A program made the translations under genes and the position numbers. DNA of 64,000 nt from Candidatus Aminicenantes bacterium (GTDB lineage Bacteria; Acidobacteriota; Aminicenantia; Aminicenantales; UBA4085): NCBI GenBank assembly GCA_022866045.1, contig JALHTW010000126.1, forward strand, positions 5,104 to 69,103, given 5' to 3'. The first letter of the stretch is position 1; the number at the start of each line of letters is the position of its first letter. This document shows, in pieces, positions 47,364 to 56,455 of the stretch. The notes beneath the pieces are model-generated. The model searched no databases, was not told the DNA's origin, and saw nothing but the letters and a program-made list of their open reading frames with translations.

Positions 47364-48830
47364 TCAAAGGATATCCGGAAGCCTATCGAATCCATTGTTC
47401 TTCGCGTCCCTCCGCATGATCCTTTCGAGTTCTTTCCGGAGGGCTTCGTCGGCGAGATTCGGCGGTGTCTCGTCCAGGATCTGCTCGACCCGGTCATGGG
47501 CCCGGTCATCCATGGACTTCCGGCCTTGCGATACCCAGGCATCATACGTGTCCCTGTCCGCGAGCCGGGGGAACGTATGCTCGAGCCGATACCATTTCCG
47601 CGTATGGGGCATGGTCATGAACTGGGTCTCGGGTTTGAAACCCTCGAAAAGGCGCAAAGCCAGGGGGTCTTCTCTCTGGGCGATCCCTTCAATCAGTCTG
47701 TAGGCCATTCCGCAGATCTCATTGTCGACCAGAAGCTTTTCCAGGCTCTGCGTGCTTTCGAAATTCAGCATGCCCGCGCCCGAGATGACATTGATGCCGG
47801 CCAGCGCGGCGAGCGTCGCGCCCATGCCCGACTCCAGCCCGGCTTGCGCGTCGTCGATCTTCGCGTCGCTCAAACCCATATAGGCATGCGTCGGAAGCTT
47901 GAGGTATTTGCCGATCTGGGCATAAGCCATATCGATCATCATCGTCTCGATCGCGCCCATCGGCGTCGTGCCTTTCCGCATGTCGAAGCTCGCCGGGGAA
48001 CCTCCGAAGATCACCGGGGCGCCGTGTTGAGCGAGCTGGCAGATGACGAGCCCGGCCAGGTTCTCGGCCACATGCTGGACGAGGGTCCCGGCGATCGTTA
48101 CGGGCGAGGTCGCGCCGGTCAATCCCATGGAAATGAGCTCCGAGGGAATTCCGGCCCGGGCGCAGTCGATGAGGCTCTGCGTGGTCAGATTGCTCCATTT
48201 CAGGGGAGGTGAGGGGCAGGCGTCGAAAATGGCCAGAGGCTTGCGCCGGAGCTCTTCGTCCCCGCCGCGAACGGCAGCCAGCATTTCGAACATCGGCCGG
48301 AATCCTTCGGTCCGGAACGTTCCGGTCACGACCGGTTTGGACGAGAATTGAAGGCCGAGATAAAGCCGGTAGCTGTCGGCGATGATCTCGGGAACATCGC
48401 TGCTGACCAGGGCCGTACTCTGAAAATGGATGTGCTCGCAGCTTTCGGTCAGGCGGGCCAGCCGGACAAGGTCGGCCGTCTCGGGCTTCCGCTCCTGCTG
48501 CGTGGAGTGATCGAGGATCTTCACGGCCGCCGATCCCGGGTCAAAATGGACGTTGTCATGCCCGACGACGAATTCCTTCCTGCCGGTGCGGTCATAGAGC
48601 TTGACCGTTAAAGGGGTTGAGGCGAGAGAATCTTCGATGAGCTTCCGGTTGATAAGAACTCTGAGGTTCGTCTCGTCTACCGGCATGCCCGCTTCTTTGA
48701 AGAGCGAGCGGGCTTCCGCGTTCTCAACAAAAACCCCGTGCCGCCCCAAAAGGAGAAAAGCCTCGTCAACGATCTTTTCGATGAACGACCGGCTGAGAAG
48801 TTCGACTTTAGGTCGTGTGGTCCGGATCAT
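47364..48830 (-). CDS. MttB-superfamily methyltransferase, non-pyrrolysine (trimethylamine methyltransferase family; quaternary-amine type such as MtgB/MtpB/MtcB)
   Basis: 488 aa from the ATG at 48830 (MIRTTRPKVELLSRSFIEKIVDEA...). MttB TIM-barrel family. No in-frame TAG, so not a Pyl enzyme. The 654-aa ORF-track version is an Arg-rich 5' artefact over the corrinoid gene. ATGA overlap with the corrinoid protein. Confidence 0.8.
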   Translation of the reverse strand: MIRTTRPKVELLSRSFIEKIVDEAFLLLGRHGVFVENAEARSLFKEAGMPVDETNLRVLINRKLIEDSLASTPLTVKLYDRTGRKEFVVGHDNVHFDPGSAAVKILDHSTQQERKPETADLVRLARLTESCEHIHFQSTALVSSDVPEIIADSYRLYLGLQFSSKPVVTGTFRTEGFRPMFEMLAAVRGGDEELRRKPLAIFDACPSPPLKWSNLTTQSLIDCARAGIPSELISMGLTGATSPVTIAGTLVQHVAENLAGLVICQLAQHGAPVIFGGSPASFDMRKGTTPMGAIETMMIDMAYAQIGKYLKLPTHAYMGLSDAKIDDAQAGLESGMGATLAALAGINVISGAGMLNFESTQSLEKLLVDNEICGMAYRLIEGIAQREDPLALRLFEGFKPETQFMTMPHTRKWYRLEHTFPRLADRDTYDAWVSQGRKSMDDRAHDRVEQILDETPPNLADEALRKELERIMRRDAKNNGFDRLPDIL

Positions 48831-49492
48831 GCGAGCCCCCTCTTCGGCCCGATTTCCTTGGCCAGTCTGACGGCTTCGAGGGCGTTCTCTCCGTATCCGT
48901 CCGCGCCGATGTCCGAGGCCCATCTCTTGTTCACGGGCGCCCCGCCGACCAGAACTTTGAACTGCTGGCGAAGACCGCGCTCCTTGAGCATCTCGATCAG
49001 CCGGCGCTGGTTGAGCATCGTCGTGGTGAGCAGGGCGGAGAGGCAGATGAGATCTGCATCCATCTCCAGGGCCTTGTCGATGAACCTTTCCAGCTTGACA
49101 TCGGCCCCCAGATCCATGACATCGAAACCGTTGGCCGAGAGCATCGAGGCGACGAGGTTCTTGCCGATATCGTGGATATCGCCTTCGATCGTTCCGATGA
49201 CGACCTTTCCGCGGGAAAAATGTTCTGCCTGGGATGCTTTCAGGGCGGGCTTGAGGACGGCCATCACGGCCTTCATGCATTCGGCGCTGCTGATGAGCTC
49301 GGGCAGGAAATATTCGCCCTTCTCCCACAGAATCCCGGCCTTTTGAATGCCGGGGATGTAGCCTTTCTCGATGACCTCATGCGGGTCAAATTTTTCGGAG
49401 AGGGCTCTTTTGGCCAGAGTTTCAGCCGCCTCCTTATTTCCCGTGACGACGGCCTCTGCCATCGAATTGAAAAGACGATCTTTAGACTCCAT
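48827..49492 (-). CDS. Cognate corrinoid (B12-binding) protein, MtbC/MttC/MtgC-like
   Basis: 221 aa. Cap domain plus Rossmann B12 domain with the His-on motif DIHDIGKN. RBS aaggag. Confidence 0.85.
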   Translation of the reverse strand: MESKDRLFNSMAEAVVTGNKEAAETLAKRALSEKFDPHEVIEKGYIPGIQKAGILWEKGEYFLPELISSAECMKAVMAVLKPALKASQAEHFSRGKVVIGTIEGDIHDIGKNLVASMLSANGFDVMDLGADVKLERFIDKALEMDADLICLSALLTTTMLNQRRLIEMLKERGLRQQFKVLVGGAPVNKRWASDIGADGYGENALEAVRLAKEIGPKRGLA

Positions 49493-49532
49493 GGTTACTC
49501 CTTTGAAAATTATCCAAAATGCGCTTTCCAGG

Positions 49533-51302
49533 CTATGAGTTCCAAGCTTTAAACTCCAAGGCTTCGATGAACATCGTTTGGAATTCGGCGTCTTTCGCCA
49601 GGCTCAAATGGCGGACCCTGTTCGCAAGCCTCTCACAGCGAATGCGCTCGGGGCGGGACAAGAGCAAAGCCTTGGCGCCAGCGAGCGAGGAATTGCCCAC
49701 GAAAAAGATCTTTTTTCGGTCAATGCAGGGGAGCAGCCCCAGTTTCATGCTGTGGGGGATGTTGAGATAGTTGCCGAATGCGCCGGCGACGTATATGCCG
49801 TCCAGGTCTTTGACTGCCATTTTATTCTTCGCCAGCAATATCCGAATGCCCGTCTTTACGGCCGCAACGGCGAGCTGGACTTCACGAATATCTTGCTGGT
49901 TCAGGGAGAGATCGTTCGTCACCTCAATCTTCTTGGCTGGGCCCAGGATATGACCCTGGGCAGAAATAAAGCCCTTATCCAACGCGACGGCGATAATGTC
50001 GATCAGGCCCGTGCCGCACACGCCGCGGGCCGGCTCGCCGGCGATCGTTTCCACGACCAGCCTGTCTTTGAATCCGGCCTTATAAACGGCCCCGGGCAGG
50101 GCGAGCATCCCGCAACTGATCGTCATCCCTTCGAAGGCCGGGCCGGCCGCCGTCGAAGTCGCCGTGAAACGGGCCCTTCTTTTGAGGACGATCTCCCCAT
50201 TTGTGCCCAGATCGACGAATAGAAAATTCCCCTTTTGATGCTCCAGGTCGACCGCCGACAGGCCTGCGGAGATGTCGCCGCCGACGAAACTCTTGATGTT
50301 CGGGGCAATATAGACTCGACCCAAGGGAGAGATCGCAAGTCCCGACTCGACCGCCGGCAGCGCGGGAAGGACAGAAAAAACGGCCTGATAGGGCGACACG
50401 GCCAGGGTCGTGACAGGCAGGCCGAGGAGCAGATGATTCATGGCCGTATTCCCGGCCACGACAGCTTCATACACGGAATCCGACGAAACTTGATTCCTGC
50501 GGAGCAGGCCCCCGACCATCTCGTTAAGACCACCAACAATGGCCGTCCGGAGGTCCTCGAGCTTACGGGGATCGGCATACGCCGCCGTGATCCTGGAGAC
50601 CACATCCGCTCCGTATTTTACTTGGGCGTTCAGTCCGGCGGTCGAATCGAGAGACTTCCCTGTGTTGAGATCGAGGAGCTCGACGATCACCGTCGTCGTT
50701 CCGAGATCGACGGCGATCCCGAAGTCCCGGCCTGTCGTGTCTCCCGGCTCGATCGCGAGCAACTCCTTGTCGGCATAAAGGACGGCGGTCCATTCGGCGG
50801 CAGCAGGGGCGAGTTGATGATTTTGAGCAAAGCGCCGGAGAGTTTCCAAGGACAGGTGAAGCTCGACGTTTGGAAACCGGCGCTGGATAAAATCCAAAAG
50901 GGAATCCGGAGAAGCCAAATCGGGCTTTTGAGCCGACAGGCTGATCTTCTTAACAGCTGGGTCAAGGGTTAGAGAACGGCCGACTCCATGGCTGAGCACG
51001 GGCATGTGGAGAAGCAAGGATTCGAGGGGAATACGGATGGCCATGTCCCCCTCGACCCTGGCCCGGCAGGCGAGCCGGAAGTTCGCCGGAAGTTTCCTCC
51101 GGGCTAATAAAGAACGCTCTTCATCGCTGGCCGAAGGAAGGGCGCCGCGGACGATCTCCACAATACATTTGCCGCACAACCCGCGCCGGCCGCAGTAAAG
51201 GCTGAGGCGAAGGCCGGCGTCTTCGAGGACGTCAGACAAAATCTTGCCGGATGCGACTTTCAAAACCCGGCCTTCAGGCAGGATCTTCAGAGCGTGGCTC
51301 AT
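49533..51302 (-). CDS. ramA: Corrinoid reductive activase RamA (2Fe-2S ferredoxin domain + ASKHA ATPase)
   Basis: N-terminal CGRRGLCGKCIV ferredoxin-like cysteine motif followed by a large ASKHA-fold domain. 589 aa. ATGA overlap with the upstream permease. Confidence 0.75.
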   Translation of the reverse strand: MSHALKILPEGRVLKVASGKILSDVLEDAGLRLSLYCGRRGLCGKCIVEIVRGALPSASDEERSLLARRKLPANFRLACRARVEGDMAIRIPLESLLLHMPVLSHGVGRSLTLDPAVKKISLSAQKPDLASPDSLLDFIQRRFPNVELHLSLETLRRFAQNHQLAPAAAEWTAVLYADKELLAIEPGDTTGRDFGIAVDLGTTTVIVELLDLNTGKSLDSTAGLNAQVKYGADVVSRITAAYADPRKLEDLRTAIVGGLNEMVGGLLRRNQVSSDSVYEAVVAGNTAMNHLLLGLPVTTLAVSPYQAVFSVLPALPAVESGLAISPLGRVYIAPNIKSFVGGDISAGLSAVDLEHQKGNFLFVDLGTNGEIVLKRRARFTATSTAAGPAFEGMTISCGMLALPGAVYKAGFKDRLVVETIAGEPARGVCGTGLIDIIAVALDKGFISAQGHILGPAKKIEVTNDLSLNQQDIREVQLAVAAVKTGIRILLAKNKMAVKDLDGIYVAGAFGNYLNIPHSMKLGLLPCIDRKKIFFVGNSSLAGAKALLLSRPERIRCERLANRVRHLSLAKDAEFQTMFIEALEFKAWNS

Positions 51303-52687
51303 ATCCGGCCTCTATTCGCGGCGACACGATTTTTTCCCGCCGTCCAAAAGAAATAGGCGGGCAGTCCGGCCAGAATGAGGCCTGCCCCGGCCAGGGCTTG
51401 AACCGGCCGGGAAAATATCACGGCGATAAAAATGACAAGATTGAAAACGACGTAAAGGATCGGCAGGACGGGATATCCCCAGGCCCGGAACGGCCGTTCG
51501 CGGTCAGGCACTTTCCGCCGGAGGACGAGCACGGAGAAGCCCGTGGCGGCGAAAAAGAGGACCAGGGCGAACGCCACATATTCGATCAGGCTCTGATAGG
51601 TTCCGGAGAGACAGAGGAGGCTGGACCAGATCATCTGAGCCAGGATGGCCTTTGTCGGGACCCGAAAACGGGGATGGACGAAGGAGAGGTTTTTGAAGAA
51701 AAGCCCGTCCCTGGCCATGGCGAAGGAAACGCGCGGAGAATAAAGGATGTTCGCGCTCAGGCAGCCCAGCACGGCGACGGCGACGACGGCCGAAAAAAGC
51801 CGGGCGATCCCGGGCCCGAAGAGGCGGACCGCGGCCAATTCACCGATTCGAAGAACTCCGTCCATCTCGTTCACCGGAAGAGCCATACTATAAACGATAT
51901 TCGCCAGCAAATAAAGCGCGGCCACGGCCGCTGTGCCCAGGACGAGCGAGCGGGGGATCGTCTTGCGCGGATTCCGGATTTCCTCAGCCGTGCAGCTCAC
52001 GGAATACCAGCCGTCATAAGTCCAGATGACGGCCAGGAGAGCGGCCCCAAAATATGTCCATGAAGGGATGCGGCCTACCGGAAAAAACGGGACCAGATTT
52101 TGAAAGCCCGGTTTCTTGCCGATCATGAGACCGAGAGCTGCGAACGCTAGGAGGGCTGCGATCCGGAGGCCTGTCATCAAGTTCTGGAAACGAGCTCCGC
52201 CCTGGATGCCGAAATAATTGAGCCCGGAAAGGATCATGATCGACAGAATGGCCGTGACATGCCCTGCGCTCAGGCTAAGATGGATCGGGCCCAGGTTAAA
52301 CGCGCACAGCATATGCCCGGAAGAGAGAGCTGGAACCAAAGACCCAAAATATTCCGCGAAACCTATAGCCAAGGCGGCAATCCCGCCGCCCCCGATGATC
52401 CAAAAAAAAGTCCAGCCATAGAGAAAAGAAACGGATGACCCATAGGCTTCTTTGAGATATACATAGGGCCCACCCGAGCCTGGATAGAGCGTTCCAAGCT
52501 CGGCGTATGTCAATGCGCCGAGGGTCGTTATAATCCCGCCCATGATCCAAACCAGCCAGATCAGGCTAGGGGAGGGGAGGCCTGAGGCAATGATCCCAGT
52601 GGTAAGGAAGATCCCGGAACCGAACACGGACCCTATGACTAGAAACAGGGAATCTGCGAGGCCCAATTTTCGGGCAAGCTCAGTCAA
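51299..52687 (-). CDS. APC-superfamily amino acid / organocation permease
   Basis: 12-TM APC transporter with the TM1 GSGIF motif. TTG start at 52687 preceded by AAGGAA. First gene of the five-gene operon. Confidence 0.75.
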   Translation of the reverse strand: MTELARKLGLADSLFLVIGSVFGSGIFLTTGIIASGLPSPSLIWLVWIMGGIITTLGALTYAELGTLYPGSGGPYVYLKEAYGSSVSFLYGWTFFWIIGGGGIAALAIGFAEYFGSLVPALSSGHMLCAFNLGPIHLSLSAGHVTAILSIMILSGLNYFGIQGGARFQNLMTGLRIAALLAFAALGLMIGKKPGFQNLVPFFPVGRIPSWTYFGAALLAVIWTYDGWYSVSCTAEEIRNPRKTIPRSLVLGTAAVAALYLLANIVYSMALPVNEMDGVLRIGELAAVRLFGPGIARLFSAVVAVAVLGCLSANILYSPRVSFAMARDGLFFKNLSFVHPRFRVPTKAILAQMIWSSLLCLSGTYQSLIEYVAFALVLFFAATGFSVLVLRRKVPDRERPFRAWGYPVLPILYVVFNLVIFIAVIFSRPVQALAGAGLILAGLPAYFFWTAGKNRVAANRGRI

Positions 52688-53165
52688 TTTATTTCCTTTT
52701 AAATAATCTTATCTTGTTGATTTTAATGCGATTATAAGCTTTTTATTTATAATTCAGCCTCATTATATGAAAAGCCTGCTAAAACATCAATGAAATGAGT
52801 TTTCCTATTCTTTGCCACTTTTCTTATATTCCTTAATTATCCCAGATTTATTTTGTTTAACCCAAGTTATTGACAGTTTCTTTTTCATCGAATATCAGGT
52901 TTTTGACTTCTTAAAACCAATGAAATAACATTTTATATATTACTTATCCCATATATTATATCGGTATTATGTAATATAATGACAATGATAATTTTTTTAA
53001 CGTCCTTAAGAAGCCTTAAAAAAGATAATGGATCATCAAGAAGTTCTTCGTCTTTTTATTTATTTTTCATCTATTTTTTTGGCTTCGTTTTTATTGGCCG
53101 TGTATAAAAATCTTTTTTTTAGATTATTTTTCTTGTAACCCGTGGTATTTAAATAAATTCTATTT

Positions 53166-53183
53166 ATGTCGGCCGGCCGACAT
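53166..53183. repeat. Perfect 18-bp palindrome atgtcggccggccgacat
   Basis: Self-complementary 18-mer embedded in AT-rich DNA, ~95 bp upstream of parA. Candidate operator or centromere-like site. Confidence 0.8.
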
Positions 53184-53277
53184 TTCTCTTTTAAAACGCT
53201 TGAAATTTCAGCGTATTTTAAGTATCTTATTCTTGCCTTTCAGTTTTATGACCGCTATTTGAACCAAGGAGAAGGGC

Positions 53278-54042
53278 TTGATTATCGCTGTCACGAATCA
53301 AAAAGGCGGAGTAGGGAAGACCACCACGGCCGTGAATGTCTCCGCTGCGCTCGCGTTGAGCGGATGCCGGGTATTGCTTGTTGACGCCGATTCCCAAGCT
53401 CATAGCACAAAGTCGTGCGTTAAGGACCCAAACAGCAACGAGAAATCTCTCTATGATGTTCTGATGCACCCGGAACAAAAGATCCAAGCTGCGATCATGA
53501 AGTCCACGATTCCGGGTTTGGATGTCGTTATTTCGCGAGTATCCATGGCTAAGCTTGAATCGTCGCTCCTCGGCCAGATCGATGGGCATTTTAGGTTAAA
53601 AGACGTCTTGGAACCTGTCCGCGAACGGTATGAATTCATCTTGATCGATACGCCGCCAACCTTGGCCTTGATTACCCTGAACGCCCTCGTCGCTGCCTCT
53701 CATCTTTTGATTCCTATTCAAGCTTCGTACTTGTCTCTCGAGGGCACAGACGATCTGCTTGAAACAATCGAGAAGGTAAGGCGTGTCGCAAATCCAAAGC
53801 TGCAGATCCTAGGCATCCTGATCACACTCCATGACAGCCGGACAAATATTGCCCGGGACGTCGTCGAACGCATCCAGCGTGTTTTCGGCGAAAAGGTTTT
53901 TCATACGTATATATCTAAAAGCGTCAAGATCGAAGAATGCCCGGCCTACAAGGAATCGATTTTTACGTATGCGGGCAACTCGGTTGGCGCGCTGCAATAT
54001 AAAAAAGTCGCCGAGGAGATATTGAAACGTGCAAAAAACTAA
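53278..54042 (+). CDS. parA: ParA/Soj-family partition ATPase
   Basis: IIAVTNQKGGVGKTTTAVNVSAALA deviant Walker A. TTG start with RBS aaggag. Lower GC than flanking core genes. Confidence 0.85.
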   Translation: MIIAVTNQKGGVGKTTTAVNVSAALALSGCRVLLVDADSQAHSTKSCVKDPNSNEKSLYDVLMHPEQKIQAAIMKSTIPGLDVVISRVSMAKLESSLLGQIDGHFRLKDVLEPVRERYEFILIDTPPTLALITLNALVAASHLLIPIQASYLSLEGTDDLLETIEKVRRVANPKLQILGILITLHDSRTNIARDVVERIQRVFGEKVFHTYISKSVKIEECPAYKESIFTYAGNSVGALQYKKVAEEILKRAKN

Positions 54043-54877
54043 GCGCTCAGGACTTCCAGACAATATAGGTATGCGACATGATACGCATTTCGTCGAATTC
54101 ATTTCGAGAACAGTCGCGGCGCCTCTAGTCCGATTGATCTCCCTTGACCGTATCGATCCGAATCCCCATCAGGCCCGAAGTGAATTGGGGAATATCGAAG
54201 AGCTGATGTCCTCGATCAAATCTAAGGGTGTTTTAGAGCCTATCCTTGTCCGTCCCCGCAGAGACCGATATGAGATCATTGCTGGCGAGCGCCGGTTCGT
54301 GGCCTCGAAGAACGTCGGTCTTAAAGAAATTCCGTGCATTGAAATGAACGTCACGGATAATGAGGCCATGGAGATCTCGCTCATTGAGAATCTCCAGCGC
54401 AAAGACCTTGATGTTTTTGAGGAGGCAGACGGACTCGGAACTCTGATCGATATCTATGGCTACAGCCACGCCCAAATCTCGGAAAAAATTGGAAAGGCCC
54501 GCTCTACGATCACGGAGATCATCAATATCAGCAAGATCCCGGCGCCGATCCGTAAACTGTGCCAGGCGAGTTCTATCGATAAAAACCGCAGCCTTCTCAT
54601 CGAGATCTCTAAACTAAAAAATGTGGAGGAAATGAAGACAGTTATAGATAATATTAGAGAGCGGGGTCTCAAAAGAGAGGATACGCGCGACCTGACAAAG
54701 CTTCTTAAGGGCAAAGAGACAGATAAGAAAAAACCGAAATATTATGTCTTCAATTATAGTCCCAAGGAAGACCGTTCCTGCCGGATCCATATCGAATTCA
54801 AAAAAGAATCCGTCAGCCGCCAGGAAATTATTCGCATTCTTGAAGATCTTCTTGCTAAGTTGAAGACAAATCAATAA
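54029..54877 (+). CDS. parB: ParB/Spo0J-family partition protein
   Basis: ParB box EIIAGERRFVASKNVG plus an HTH region. GTG start overlapping the parA end. Low GC. Confidence 0.8.
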   Translation: MQKTKRSGLPDNIGMRHDTHFVEFISRTVAAPLVRLISLDRIDPNPHQARSELGNIEELMSSIKSKGVLEPILVRPRRDRYEIIAGERRFVASKNVGLKEIPCIEMNVTDNEAMEISLIENLQRKDLDVFEEADGLGTLIDIYGYSHAQISEKIGKARSTITEIINISKIPAPIRKLCQASSIDKNRSLLIEISKLKNVEEMKTVIDNIRERGLKREDTRDLTKLLKGKETDKKKPKYYVFNYSPKEDRSCRIHIEFKKESVSRQEIIRILEDLLAKLKTNQ

Positions 54878-55327
54878 TATTTTTACGCTTCAATTAGAAT
54901 CTCTTTCTTGAACTTAAAGAAATCCAAATGAACAAAAATTCATTGACCTATTTGCCTTTAGGAAGAATCAGGCCTCTTATGCATAGCTTAAATATGTAAA
55001 GAAGAACAGTGAGCTTTCGAAAGCGTCTTATGGCCTAATGGCCAAATCGCATTAGTTTACATAATAACTCTTATGCGACTCATAATTCATATACTTTTCA
55101 ACCTATTTATTTTCAACTAGATATGATAATTACGAAGTTTTTTGTCAATTTCAAGACAATATATTGCGCGTTTGTCCAAGCTAATCGGCTTATATTGATG
55201 TTGATAATATCAGGCTTGTCTTAATTTTGCCTTAGCTCTATCATAAATTAATGCCCCCTTTATAAATTCCGTTTCTTTTATTAAGCTAATTCTTGACCCA
55301 AATTTTCTAATGATTTTTGCGTTTAGG

Positions 55328-55855
55328 CTAATAAGAGCTCGGTTCGGGACCAGAGGCATGGAGTTGAACGATCACCCAACGTCCGTCTCGTCTCTCCAAA
55401 ACGCCGCTGATTCTCAGGCCTTCTATGACAAACGTTTTGCCCTTTTCAACTTCTTTCCAAGACAGTACTTCAGAGAACCAGGCGGCCTCTCCGGACCTGT
55501 GGACTTTGATCCTTTGGTCCTTAAGCCCAATCTCTATCCGGTCAACGGACGTAAAATATTTATCTATATATGCCTGGGTCATCTTCCAGCCCACGCGCCG
55601 GTCTAAAGGATTGCTGCCAAAGACGACGAGATCCTCATCGTGGGCATAGACTTCGGCCACTCCTTCCCTATTTCTTGTTTGAAAAGCTTTTATATATCGC
55701 TCAAGTACGGCCTTGACGGCCGCTTTTTCAGTGTCAATATCTATGGCCGGCTGGGCTTTCTGATGAAGATCCTCGTTCAAAGATGCGTTCATAGAAACGG
55801 TGCAAGCGGCCAACAGAACCGCCAAAATAGCTTTGGTCGCTAATTTTCTCATCAT
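55328..55855 (-). CDS. Secreted NTF2-like/SnoaL-like (DUF4440-type) protein
   Basis: Signal peptide MMRKLATKAILAVLLAACTVSMNA. NTF2-fold pattern (VLERYIKAF...WKMTQ...RDGRWVIVQLHAS). ATG at 55855; the ORF-track start at 55876 is TTG. Confidence 0.5.
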   Translation of the reverse strand: MMRKLATKAILAVLLAACTVSMNASLNEDLHQKAQPAIDIDTEKAAVKAVLERYIKAFQTRNREGVAEVYAHDEDLVVFGSNPLDRRVGWKMTQAYIDKYFTSVDRIEIGLKDQRIKVHRSGEAAWFSEVLSWKEVEKGKTFVIEGLRISGVLERRDGRWVIVQLHASGPEPSSY

Positions 55856-56455
55856 CCTCTCCCTCTTTAAACTCAATTTTATTTTAATGTTCTATTTCGG
55901 GATCGAAATGCTAGACCTAATGTTGGCCAAAGGATAACAATTGCGGAGCAAGGTGTCAAATTCCGATAGAAGCTATAAAAAAATAGCTGCGGGGAAGAAT
56001 AACCTGAATCCTGCATCAAATATAGTGGATGAACTTGATAAATGAAAAATATTGAGCGATTCATATGATATTTAGGGCTCATTCTTAACCTAACTAAAAG
56101 GTAAGTTAAGAAAAAAGTTCTTTGATCAGCTCAATATGAATATAACTTGCTGATATCATTATGGTTATGTGATATTTTAGCAATCATTTATTAAAAAATT
56201 CAGGCAGGATTCAGGTTTAATTCTCCCCGGCCTAATTTTCGGCAAAAATTAGGCAAAATTCCCTGCCTGATTTTTCATGTTATCCCCGATTATTTGTCCC
56301 CGAAAGGAGATTATCGGAGGAAAAAAAAGGGCCTGTCTTTCCCCTTTTCTAAAGGGGAATACCCGGGAATTCGGGATTGTTCCTAAAAATAGGGATTTGT
56401 CTTTAAAGAAAAGACGACACGTTATATCGCGTGTAAGATAGACAAAACAGGCGAG

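Noticed and set aside
47364-48830. Pyrrolysine (in-frame TAG) in the MttB homologue
   Set aside because: The 488-codon frame is uninterrupted and no pylTSBCD genes are in the window. This is a non-Pyl MttB-superfamily member.
47364-49328. 654-aa version of the MttB ORF with a 166-aa Arg-rich N-terminal extension
   Set aside because: The extension is read through the corrinoid-protein gene in another frame. The genuine MttB family begins at MIRTTRPKVE (ATG 48830), which forms an ATGA junction with the corrinoid gene stop.
52688-53277. Possible oriC with DnaA boxes in the AT-rich region upstream of parA
   Set aside because: Only 7/9 matches to TTATCCACA (ttatcccag, ttatcccat) and no clustered, oriented boxes. 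No dnaA/dnaN nearby. Insufficient to call an origin.
54878-55327. Canonical parS (tGTTTCACGTGAAACa) near parB
   Set aside because: Not found anywhere in the island, so the centromere site remains unidentified.
55879-56082. 67-aa minus-strand ORF in the AT-rich spacer after the NTF2-like gene
   Set aside because: Composition-driven (AT-rich, Tyr/Phe/Ser-rich) with no RBS or signal. Retained only as a possibility inside the putative sRNA region.
56340-56360. Hairpin ccccttt-tct-aaagggg downstream of the secreted-protein gene as an intrinsic terminator
   Set aside because: A perfect 7-bp stem, but no U-run follows on either strand. Not called.
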